Assembly: GCF_041956535.1 (NCBI RefSeq) | Contig: NW_027192207.1 | Location: 276,454 to 340,453, forward strand | DNA length: 64,000 nt | Source of the DNA: Calcarisporiella thermophila CBS 279.70 | Lineage: Eukaryota > Fungi > Calcarisporiellomycota | Direction of reading: 5' to 3' | Part shown: positions 53,820-64,000 of the stretch, in pieces | How positions within the stretch are numbered: position 1 is the stretch's first letter | How the letters are laid out: each line of letters starts with the position of its first letter | The notes under the pieces: generated by a model | What the model saw: the letters and a program-made list of their open reading frames with translations, nothing else | Databases searched by the model: none | Told to the model about the DNA's origin: nothing | Translations under genes and position numbers: made by a program

Positions 53820-56800
53820 ATGTCCCGCTATCCAAAGGAAAATCTTCTTTTAGGGTCATCGCAGTCGTACGATCCAGACGATTCTGTTCCCTATCAACAA
53901 AATCAATGGACCTCCCATGGCGATTATAGAGTTCCTCCACACGATGAGGAAGACCTCATTGACTTACAGCAGCAATATGACCCATATGCCACACCGAGAC
54001 CTGCCTATCTCAGTGCTCCACGATCGATTGACACTCAATCGGTTTCTTTCGACCAGCATATTCGCGATGATGATGAAGCTGGCTTACTGGCGAACATGGC
54101 GCAGAGTCCTTCTCCACTATATGGAAATTCTGCTCCTGTTCCAGATAGTGCCGCACCACCTTCGCGAACTAAAACACAATTGAGTAGGCTCACATCATTC
54201 TCATTTGGACGTCCGAAGCAGGAAGGAACTATTCGTACCATTTACATCAACAATCCTGATCGCAATAGCCAGCAAAAGTTTTTACACAACAAGGTGTTCA
54301 TGGCCAAGTATACGTGGTACTCGTTCCTGCCTAAGTTTTTGAGAGAGGAGTTTTCGAAGACGGCGAACGTTTTCTTTTTATTTATCTCTGCCATTCAAGT
54401 AAGCCTCTGTCGGTGTATAATGGTTAGTTAACGTATTGATTTTAAACGGTCTCTTTTTTATTAGCAAATTCCCGGGATCTCACCCACCTCAAAATTCACC
54501 ACTTTGGTACCGTTGGTTATCGTGCTGACTGCCACGGCAATAAAGGAAATTCTTGAAGATATAGTAAGTAGTCACTTGCTGTAATTATGCTATAACTCCT
54601 TTGACCATTCTTTGCGTGTTTGTAGCATATACACAAATCGGATGCTGAGATGAACGCTCGTAAAGTTAAGATCCTCAGCGGTAGTACTTTTTTGGAGAAG
54701 CAATGGAAAGAAGTTCGCGTAGGCGATATTGTGCGTATTGAGAATTCAGAATTCTTCCCTGCCGACCTTATCCTGCTTAGTAGCAGTGAACCAGAGGGTT
54801 TGTGCTATTGTGAGACGGCAAACTTGGACGGGTGGGTAGTTTAATATGTATGATTATTTTAGATAGTATAACTAATGCTATTTTAATCATAATAGGGAGG
54901 TGAATCTAAAGATTAAGCAGGCTTTGCCTCAGACAGCAAAGCTCACCTCTCCACTAGAAATTAGTCGACTAGAAGGTAATCGGCACTCACGAATACAACC
55001 TATTTAAACATAAGCTTCATCATCTCCATTTTTTTTTTACCGTTAGGTCTCATAAAATCTGAGCTGCCCAACAACCGACTTTATAATTACGAAGGAACTC
55101 TTGCAATAACGGATGAATCCAGTGGACGCCCCAAAGAGTATCCACTCGACCCGACACAAATCTTGCTCCGTGGAGCGCAGTTGCGCAATACGAGTTGGGT
55201 TTATGGGATTGTTGTATTCACTGGGCATGAAACTAAGCTTATGCTGAACTCGAAGTAAGAATCATTGTGAAATAGCTCTTAACCATTTAGCTAATTCATA
55301 ACTTTTCGGTGTTTCCTAGCAAAAAACCGTCTAAACAATCCAATTTAACCAAAATCACTAATCTTAACATTCTTTACTTGTTCGGTGTATTGATGTTAAT
55401 GAGCTTAGTGGGCGCGGCCGGCAACCTTGTTGTGACGGTAAACACTATTTCAGGCAGTTTTCTAATCTTAAGTCGCTTAGCCATCCTTCTATATATAGCT
55501 GAAAGAAGAAGAGCGCCTCTCATATCTTTCACTCGAGAACTTGAATAAGTTTGGTGAATTCGGCATGAATATCCTCACCTATTTGATTTTATTGAACAGC
55601 TTTATCCCTATCAGGTATGAAATTCAATGCTTTTATCGTTCTAAGATATTTCAGTTATGTTAACTAATCTAATTTATTTTATCAAGTTTGATGGTGACAA
55701 TGGAGATCGTGAAATATTGGCAGTCTATGTTTATTGATATGGATCTTGACATGTATTATGAAAAAACCGATACACCTGCTACTGCTCGCTCCAGCTCCTT
55801 GGTCGAGGAACTTGGCCAGGTGCAATACGTGTTTTCCGATAAAACTGGCACACTTACTTGCAATGAAATGGAATTCAAACAATGCTCGATAGCAGGACTT
55901 TGCTATGCAACTGAAGTAGAGGATGGTAAACAAGCACGCGTAGTCGATGGCGCCGAGCAAGGACAATTCAGTTTTAAACAGTTGCAGGAGCACTTGCAAT
56001 CTCATCCAACTGCTAATGTGATTCATGAATTTTTCACTCTACTTTCAACCTGTCACACGGTTATTCCTGAGAGAAAGGAGGATGAAAAGACGGGACAGAG
56101 CGGTATGGATGGAGCAATTTAATTCCATTTTTCGAATGGATAACTAATAACGAGTTTTCTATATACTTTAGAAATTGTTTATCAAGCTTCTTCTCCAGAT
56201 GAAGGTGCATTGGTAAAGGGTGCATCCATTCTAAACTATACCTTTACAGTGAGTATTTATTTTTAGGAAGAATAGGATCAGTAGTTTTAAATATATTTTT
56301 TCTCTTTTCTCCATTTTAGACCCGCCGACCAAACTCTATTACAGTTTCTCTTAATGGTAGAGAGGTCGAATACGAGCTCTTGAATATTTGTGAGTTCAAT
56401 AGCACTCGTAAACGTATGTCTGCCATCATCCGCGACCCTGAAGGTAGAATCAAGCTTTACTGCAAGGGTGCCGATACAGTTATCCTAGAGCGCCTTAGCG
56501 ATCAAAATCCCTTTGTCGAGCCAACATTAGCACACTTGGAGGTACATTATACACTAATTTTTCTTTATATATACTTCAATTCACTCTGCACTTTTATTAG
56601 GAATTTGCTACTGAGGGTCTTCGAACTCTCTGCATTGCCATGCGAGAGATCCCACCTGAAGAATATGAGCAATGGTCGCAAGTATATGATAAGGCTGCCA
56701 CCACCCTCCAGAACCGTCAAGATGAACTCGACAAAGCTGCCGAGTTAATCGAGCGAGACATGTTTTTACTTGGAGCCACTGCCATAGAAGATAAACTGCA

Positions 56801-58446
56801 AGATGGTGTCCCTGACACAATCCATACACTACAAGAAGCTGGAATAAGGGTGTGGGTGTTAACGGGTGACCGACAGGAAACTGCGATTAATATCGGATAC
56901 AGTTGCAAATTACTCTCGGATGAGATGTCCCTGATTGTGTGCAATGAGGAGTCACACTGGGAAGTGAAGAGCTTTTTGGAGAAGAAATTTAATGACGTGA
57001 ACTCTATTTTACAGCGTGGAGAGGATCTAGAGGTTTGTTTATATAACTATGCTCTGCTAGGATTTATATCTAATTTTTCCTTTGTTTTAGCCTTTGGCTT
57101 TGATTATTGATGGAAAAGCCCTCACGTTTGCCCTCGAAAAGGATGTCGAAAAAATCTTTCTTGATTTGGCAGTGCTTTGCAAAGCTGTCGTATGCTGCCG
57201 TGTTTCTCCACTTCAAAAGGCTCTTGTAGTAAAACTTGTGAAGAAATACGTAAAGGCAATTTTGCTCGCAATTGGGGATGGAGCAAACGATGTTAGCATG
57301 ATCCAAGCCGCCCATGTTGGTGTCGGAATCAGTGGTGTTGAGGGTCTTCAGGCAGCCAGGAGTGCGGATTTTGCAATCTCACAGTTCAGATTTTTGAAAA
57401 AGCTACTGCTGGTGCACGGGGCGTGGAGCTATCATCGAATTAGTAAAATGATCTTCTTCTTCTTCTACAAAAACATTGTGCTGTATTTGACGCAGTTCTG
57501 GTTCGCGTGTGTAAGCGCTTTCTCCGCACAGGTAACTTATAATACTCCGAGTGTCAAGTGTTTGATTTTATTGAACTAACATTTATGCTTCTAGACATTA
57601 TATGAATCCTGGACCCTATCCAGTTTCAACGTCATCTTCACCATTTTGCCTCCGTTTGCAATCGGTGTCTTCGACCAATATGTCAGTGCGCGTATGCTGG
57701 ATAAATACCCCCAGATGTATATGCTTGGCCAAAGCAATGAATTCTTTAATAATAAGAAATTCTGGGGCTGGTTCGGAAATGCTGTTTACCATTCTCTGCT
57801 CCTTTTCCTCTGCGGATACTTTGCGTTCTTCAGTGACATCATCTTGCCGGCCGGATACATAGGTGGATTCTGGTTTGCATCCACAACCATGTTCACTGCC
57901 GTTTTGACGACAATTTTGTTGAAAGCCGCGCTGATTATTGAGTACGTCATGTCTGGTTAACTCTTCTTAATATCTCAGTTAATAATTGATTTTTTTTTTT
58001 GGTATAGCACTTGGAACAAATACAGCGCCATCTCCATTGCCGGATCTCTCTTTGTCTGGATCATTTTCCTGCCCATTTTTGCCTTTATTGCTCCACGCAT
58101 CAATCTCTCCTTTGAGTATGACGGCCTCGTTGTGCAGCTCTTTTCCTCGCTCTACTTCTATCTCTTCGTCATTGCTGTGCCTCTATTATGCATTATCCGT
58201 GATTATATCTGGAAGTACACGAAACGCGTCCACTTCCCCATGTCCTATCACTTTGTTCAGGAGATCCAGAAATATAACATCCCCGATTACCGGCCACGCA
58301 TGGATCGCTTCCGCCAAGCTGTAAGTAAAGTGAGAAGGATACAGCGCCTGAAGCGGAATCGTGGTTATGCATTCTCTCAAAATGACTCTGGTCAGACGAA
58401 GATTATTCGAGCCTACGACACAACTATGAAAAAGCCAAGAGGATGA
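53820..58446 (+). CDS. DRS2: P4-type ATPase phospholipid flippase, multi-exon
   Basis: [35 protein letters not shown]-terminal RGYAFSQ motif. Confidence 0.96.
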
Positions 58447-58852
58447 TTTTACTTTATTTTTTCCTGGGTCTGATTTTAAGGAAGAATTTTCTACGCTTCA
58501 TTTTTTTTTTCTATTGCAAGATTATACTCCAAAAAATTGCCATAGCTGCTTTTTTTTTTAATCATTTTACCATTTTCTTTTCACTTTTGTATGTTTATTT
58601 CCTTTCTTTCACTTAGAATCTGACTATATTTTTCTCCTATTCCTTCTCTCCTGCTACATTCTTATTTTTTTTTGTATCAGATTTTGATTCAGTTTTTTAT
58701 AATTATTTTATCCCTTTTTTTGTTTTTTTTTTTTTTTTTACTATAAATAAAATACATTTACAATATCCATGAATATCAGTAGAAAACAAACCGAATTACA
58801 GAGTATAGTATCTTCTTTTAGCGTATCATTAAAATGTTTGTAATATGACTAT

Positions 58853-60614
58853 TCACAGCATGATTCGCTCGGGCTCGAGGAGTAATCTTCGTTTTCCAGT
58901 CTTTCGTTTTTCTTCAGCACCCTGTTGAAGTCGATAGAGGATAGTGCCGTCTAGACACGCCCTACATGCATCGCAAGTCAGAAGGCCAGAGGCAGGATCA
59001 TGTAAAGCAAGCCAGACAAAGGCCCAAAGTAGCTTCGGAAGGAGCCATTGGTGCATAGCGTACCATTGGGGTCGCCCTCTCTCAGTGATTCCTACACGTT
59101 TCCACCCATCCCAAAACGAGAAACCAGTTACGGTGAAAACGTGATCGTCCTCTTGCGAATAGAGCAAGTGGCGTCGAGGCCGCACGATTCGAGCACGACC
59201 ATATTTCACCACTAGCTGATCTATACGTTCTTTTTTCGCCTTCTTGTCACCCTCAACCCATATAGGATCTTCTTGATGACGAACCAAGTCAAGACGCGAA
59301 ATGTATATAGGAAGAGTGATATAGTGCAATGGGTTATGATACAAAAAGGGACCCGAATATGACGAAGTTGCAGGCGAGAAATTTAGATGAATTAAAGCCG
59401 CGAGCGGCACTGAAGTGAGGACTCCAAGGCCAAGGGAGCGCAAGGAACAAGCTGTTTCGAAAACGGTGAACCATCCTCGACTCTGACGATCGAAAAAGCT
59501 TAAATGTCGCACTATAACACTCTTTTCACGAATATTTTGTGTTTTCTCTCGCTTTTCGGACTCCCCCGCATCCACCTCCGCTCCCCCTGTTCTTATATCA
59601 CGCTCCACTGTACCCTCAGGGTGCTCGTCGACCCATAGGCTATATTCTTTATTATCAATGGCCGAACGTGCTTCGTGCTTCTGTACTTCTGGTGGCGGGA
59701 TAAACTCGTAACTTCGTTCAATATTCTTTGCTTCCTCAACAATAACTTTTTGTATGGGCGCCTCCATGTAAGAGGCAGAAATAGATTCGACTGCTACAGG
59801 ACGTTCAATTGGTTTTGGTTTAGCAGAAGGAGGAGCCGAATCGAGCTTCGACGCCGCAACATTAGCAAAGGATCTGTTAATGCCATAAACATTCGCTAAT
59901 TAAATACAATTGTTAAATATTCTGAGTATATTATTCTTGAAAAAAAAATCTACCTTTAGGGTTTCTTTGGCCTATAAATTCCTTCGCTCCAGGCATTGTT
60001 GAAAGACCTTCATCACTGCTTTGTATATTTGCTTTCACCGATTCACCTAAAATTGGGAATTCGGACTTGGATTTATTTTCTGGAAGTACACAAGACGAGG
60101 TGACTTCAGCATAGGATTCCTGAAGTAAATTTTCGGTAGACTCAGAAAGAGAATTTTTCTCTCCCACGTCAATCATTTCCTTCACGGATGGCATCTTGCT
60201 CAAATCATTCTTCACTTGAATCGAGGGATATAGTCCATTATTGGAAGCTTCTGCAGGCGTGGGATCTACTTGTTGCAGAGGCGAAGCATTAATAAGATTT
60301 CTTTCGTCATGGCTCTTCTCCATCTTGACATTTGAACTCAAAATTTGTGGAGAATGTTGTTGGTCTCCAGGTGTATTGGTGCTAGCAATATCAGCCCAAG
60401 AGGAATTAAGAGAGGAGTGGCCTGAGGAATCCAATTGCAATGCGGTACTGTGGATGACCTTCGTATCTTTTTCCAGTTGAGTAGAAGTTTCGCCACTCGA
60501 TACAGAGGATTTATGCTTATCAGCAACATGACTACTAGATCCTGTCTGTAGAAAAATAATGCTAAGTCAGTCTTGCGCTAATATTTTTGGAATTATAAGG
60601 TCTACTTTATGCAT
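58853..60614 (-). CDS. Caleosin-like domain protein with a long disordered N-terminus (3 exons)
   Basis: RHLSFFDR..GWFTVFET..LRSLG, hydrophobic hairpin, PIYISRL, LLWAFVW...LDGTILY; start exon ATGCATAAA|GT at 60614. Confidence 0.65.
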
Positions 60615-61302
60615 TATTGTTATATGGTAGATACGCCAAAATGTTCTTTTTATAAAACAGATGCGTCTAGTAAATGAATATAGGAGAGCAGCAGTTCAGA
60701 TGTTACATATATACTGTGAGCTGTATTTTATAGTGTACTCGAAAACAAAAGGCAATTTAATTGATTTTCGCCTTGAGTAATTAAATAAAAAATTCTTTCG
60801 CCGAGAAATATCTTGCTTTGTCGTGTGATTATAGTGTAAAAAAGTAAGCCACATTTATGGAGAAGTATTGCAGTAATTGTAGCAAAAATGGAAGTCTATG
60901 AAATTCAATGTTGAATCCTTAGACTACAGTAAATAGATGGATCTTTGTTGCGTTATTTATACACTATTTAGACTCATACCAACCATTATGGTTCAATATA
61001 GAAGATTGAAACGTATGCATAACCATCAACTAATGCAAACCATGCAAATTTATATTAAAAAGCATAACATGTACTGTCGATTCACTATGAAATATCTTAA
61101 CATTAAAATAAATTGAAAAAGAATGGTTTATATAAATCTTATTTTTACAAAAGCATTCAAACAAATATTAATATAGTTCAAAAAACAATTCAGATATACT
61201 TTCTCAGTGCTCCAAGTCAATTTGCTTTTATACGTTGAAGGATATGGAGCACCATATCCGTAAATGTCATATCAGTCGGAGGGATATTTTCCACCATCTC
61301 CA

Positions 61303-62043
61303 TCACCACCTGGTTTCAACTACTGAATAAAACTCCTTGGCATTCTTTATAGTTTCAGGGTGAGTTGAACCCAGCAAAAAGTCAGAGAACATAAACGATC
61401 GCAGGTAGAGTAGTTCTGCATTCTCGACTCGTTTCATTTGCAATACAGGGTGATCATTTTCACAAGGTACTATATTTGGAAACTGTGTAGCCAAATAATT
61501 TTCCCTCATGTAGAGTGCCCGCTGAAAAGTAAGGTGTGCGTTGGCAAAATATCCATAATCAAGGTATACCTTTGCGAGATTTCTCAGGAGTCTTCCTATT
61601 TTATAAGAGTCCGGATACTTCTGACTCTCTTCGATTACTATAGCTCGTCGGTACTGATCGACAACCAAGTTGAAAATGCGCAAGCTTAAAATATAGTCCT
61701 GCAAGAGCACATCTGTTATTTTACGGCTCTCAACTCCATAGGTCCTCTCCATAATCACTAACACCTCTCCGTACAACTTCTCTGCTTTGATAAAGTTTAT
61801 ACGTTTGTTATAGTAATCGGCAAACCATTTCAGAGTATCTGCAGTTTCTGGATTATCAACTCCATAGACATTTTTCATTATTGCCGACGCTCTTCGAAGC
61901 AGCTGCTCTATCTTAGCATAGATCCTGTGTTCTTTGTAGATATCGGCTAACTCTTTCAGAACATATGCAGTTTCACGACTTTCAGCTCCATGTATCTTCT
62001 CTATGATCACCAATCTCCTTTTGTAAGGAAACAGACTCGACAT
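61303..62043 (-). CDS. Kinesin-light-chain-type TPR repeat protein, possibly 5'-truncated by the adjacent LTR
   Basis: About 42-aa repeats (IEKIHGAESRETA, MKNVYGVDNPETA, MERTYGVES, LGSTHPET). Confidence 0.7.
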   Translation of the reverse strand: MSSLFPYKRRLVIIEKIHGAESRETAYVLKELADIYKEHRIYAKIEQLLRRASAIMKNVYGVDNPETADTLKWFADYYNKRINFIKAEKLYGEVLVIMERTYGVESRKITDVLLQDYILSLRIFNLVVDQYRRAIVIEESQKYPDSYKIGRLLRNLAKVYLDYGYFANAHLTFQRALYMRENYLATQFPNIVPCENDHPVLQMKRVENAELLYLRSFMFSDFLLGSTHPETIKNAKEFYSVVETRW

Positions 62044-62085
62044 TACTACCAAATATTGCCTAGTACCAGTAACACAATTAGTCTG

Positions 62086-62262
62086 TGTAACAATTCTCAA
62101 TTATCGCCTGATCTTGTTTGTCGCCTGATTTTATTTTGATTCCTTTAAATATTGACAACTACATGTTATTGAATTTAACCTTGTTTTTTTACCTTGTTTT
62201 ACCTTGTCCTTCTCATTATTTTTATTATTTTATTATAAAAACCTTGTTCTCGTCTTATTACA
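62086..62262 (+). repeat. 5' LTR (177 bp)
   Basis: TGTAA...TTACA termini, followed after 2 nt by a PBS. Confidence 0.85.
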
Positions 62263-62264
62263 AC

Positions 62265-62272
62265 TGGTAGCG
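62265..62272 (+). promoter_or_regulatory. Primer binding site for initiator tRNA-Met
   Basis: TGGTAGCG, the same as the Ty3/Ty1 PBS core complementary to the tRNAi-Met 3' end. Confidence 0.8.
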
Positions 62273-62433
62273 ACGAATAACGACCCTTTACACCCTAGAT
62301 AACACAGAAACATAGACACTTAAAACTAGTTCCCCTAATTCCCAAGTTTCTCTAGTTCCCCAGTTCCCTTAGTATCTTAGTTCCCAAGTAACCCAGTTTC
62401 CCTAGAAACCCTGAAAAAACAAACTCAATCAAC

Positions 62434-63357
62434 ATGAACACCACGGACATGGAAGTGACACCCAACACAGACCCTGCGCAGTTGTACAGATACATCATGC
62501 AACTTAAGGAAGCGTACGACTTACTTAAAGCCAAAGTCAAGGAAAACGAGAAGCCTACTCCGACTCCTCCACCCCCTGCCCCAGAGCCAAAGCCAACACT
62601 TCAACCTGGTAAACCCGACTATTTCCACGGTAACTATGGGGAAGATGTGGATTCATGGATCGCGTCAATAAGAAGATTCTTGCAGCTGTATAAGCTGCCT
62701 CCTCAAGATGAACTCTTTTATGCAATCTCGTACTTGAAAGGAAATGCACTGGCCTGGTGGAACACATATGAGAGACGAGCCAAGTTCAACCAAGAGCTCA
62801 TGCCAACCACTTTCGACCACCTCGCCCAACTGCTACATGCACATTTTAAACCTATCGGCTCCGAGGTCATTGCGCGCGAACGACTTGACAGGCTTCGTCA
62901 AACCGGGTCTGTCCAGGAGTATGCGTATGCATTCCAGACAATAATCAACGATATCCCAGAGATAAACTCGGAGACACTCCAATGTTTCATCAGAGGCCTG
63001 AAACCAAACACTCAAGCAGAGGTCAAGATCCGCCAACCCAAATCCCTTGAGGAGGCAATTAACTTAACCGCCAACATTTTCGACCAAGTAAAATATCCGA
63101 GCTTCCACCGAAACCCAAGCTCCAGCCCGATGCATCAAAAAACAAGCCACGTGCCCTTCGACCCTGCCACTCCTATGGAGATAGACGGCGTCCAGACACA
63201 ACGGTTGAAGAAACTAACCCCTGAGGAGCGGAACAGACTTATCCAAATGGGAGCATGCCTTCGCTGCAGAAAAATGGGTCACTTCGCCAGAAACTGCCCA
63301 TGGAATACACCTGTTGTCGGAAGCTCAAATGAACAGGCAAAAACCAACTCCCAGTGA
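62434..63357 (+). CDS. gag: Retrotransposon Gag (capsid + CCHC zinc knuckle), 307 aa
   Basis: KPDYFHG..VDSWI, YLKGNALAWW, LRQTGSVQEY, FIRGLK, PMEID, CLRCRKMGHFARNC. Confidence 0.93.
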   Translation: MNTTDMEVTPNTDPAQLYRYIMQLKEAYDLLKAKVKENEKPTPTPPPPAPEPKPTLQPGKPDYFHGNYGEDVDSWIASIRRFLQLYKLPPQDELFYAISYLKGNALAWWNTYERRAKFNQELMPTTFDHLAQLLHAHFKPIGSEVIARERLDRLRQTGSVQEYAYAFQTIINDIPEINSETLQCFIRGLKPNTQAEVKIRQPKSLEEAINLTANIFDQVKYPSFHRNPSSSPMHQKTSHVPFDPATPMEIDGVQTQRLKKLTPEERNRLIQMGACLRCRKMGHFARNCPWNTPVVGSSNEQAKTNSQ

Positions 63358-63872
63358 AGAACGGGGTCTCCGCTGGGACAAGAGAAGTATCCACACAAAC
63401 CATCGATCTAACTGAAGTAATAGAAAGCCCGACAGAAATACCTTGCCTGCAAATCGATTCCCCAGGATCTAAGTTTTCCTTATTACGATACCATGGAACC
63501 ATAAAATCCTGCCCCATTCTTGTATTCGTTGACGGCAGAGCCGCGGGAGGCTTCATCTCACTGAACGAGGTTCACAAACTCAACCTGAAAACCATGACCA
63601 TCAGCCCCATTTTACTCAAGTTTGCAAACGGCAACACACACGTATGCAACAGCCTAGCTAAGAGCGTCCCTGTGCAAGTGAGCGACCACAAGGAAAACCT
63701 GGACCTGTTGGTAGAAGATCTCCCCCAATACGATATTATCCTTGGAAAACCATGGCTAGCGGGACACCAACCGTTTATCAACTGGGAAACTAATGAAATA
63801 AAATTTGATTTTAATAACCAAAAAAGCAAGGTAAACAAGGCAAAAAACAAGGTAAAATTCAATAACATGTAG
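63333..63872 (+). CDS. Retropepsin-like protease in the -1 frame of gag; active site degenerate, truncated by the inverted LTR
   Basis: VFVDGRAAGGFIS (expected D-S/T-G-A), FANG, YDIILGKPWL, INW. Confidence 0.8.
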   Translation, partial: TGKNQLPVKNGVSAGTREVSTQTIDLTEVIESPTEIPCLQIDSPGSKFSLLRYHGTIKSCPILVFVDGRAAGGFISLNEVHKLNLKTMTISPILLKFANGNTHVCNSLAKSVPVQVSDHKENLDLLVEDLPQYDIILGKPWLAGHQPFINWETNEIKFDFNNQKSKVNKAKNKVKFNNM

Positions 63873-63945
63873 TTGTCAATATTTAAAGGAATCAAAATAA
63901 AATCAGGCGATAAACAAGATCAGGCGATAATGGAGAATTGTTATA
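63827..63945 (-). repeat. Inverted copy of the first ~120 bp of the LTR
   Basis: Reverse complement aligns to 62086-62206 with about 7 differences by eye. Confidence 0.93.
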
Positions 63946-64000
63946 AAGGTTAATTATGGGGGTGTTCACGCTTCCGCTCATTCTGATTGGGGTTGTTCAC

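Larger units (their letters stand above)
62086..63945 (+). mobile_element. Non-autonomous Ty3/gypsy-derived element: LTR-PBS-gag-protease-inverted partial LTR
   Basis: LTR 62086-62262, PBS, gag, protease in -1 frame, inverted LTR copy 63827-63945; no RT, RNase H or integrase; no target-site duplication seen. Confidence 0.9.

Overview
Intron-rich, gene-dense fungal genomic DNA. Gene content (class V myosin-chitin synthase, BRAT1 homologue, TPR repeats, short GT-AG introns) suggests an early-diverging fungus, probably Mucoromycota (inference). Left to right: a tandem array of intronless secreted carboxylesterases (2 intact, 2 pseudogenes), a C/D snoRNA preceded by an unexplained structured RNA, mesA/AFI1, BRAT1-like, cytochrome c, a DH-PH RhoGEF, a divergent U1-like snRNA, MYO2, an FHA-kinase (Chk2/Cds1-like), ASA1, a TPR remnant, a micro-exon-encoded secreted 12-Cys peptide, SIW14, ECL1, a PPPDE-like peptidase, chitin synthase V, a FUSC/Bre4-like membrane protein, DRS2, a caleosin-like protein, a TPR gene and a Ty3/gypsy gag-protease element. 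Best finds: (1) a U1-architecture snRNA (19220-19373, minus) whose 5' end reads ACACUUUCCU instead of AUACUUACCU, so it would pair with AG|GAAAGU (GA-type) rather than GU 5' splice sites; (2) a gag-protease-only retroelement closed by an inverted partial LTR; (3) a structured-RNA/snoRNA tandem; (4) a fungal BRAT1 with its DCY tail. Exon boundaries and RNA folds were traced by eye; no searches were run.
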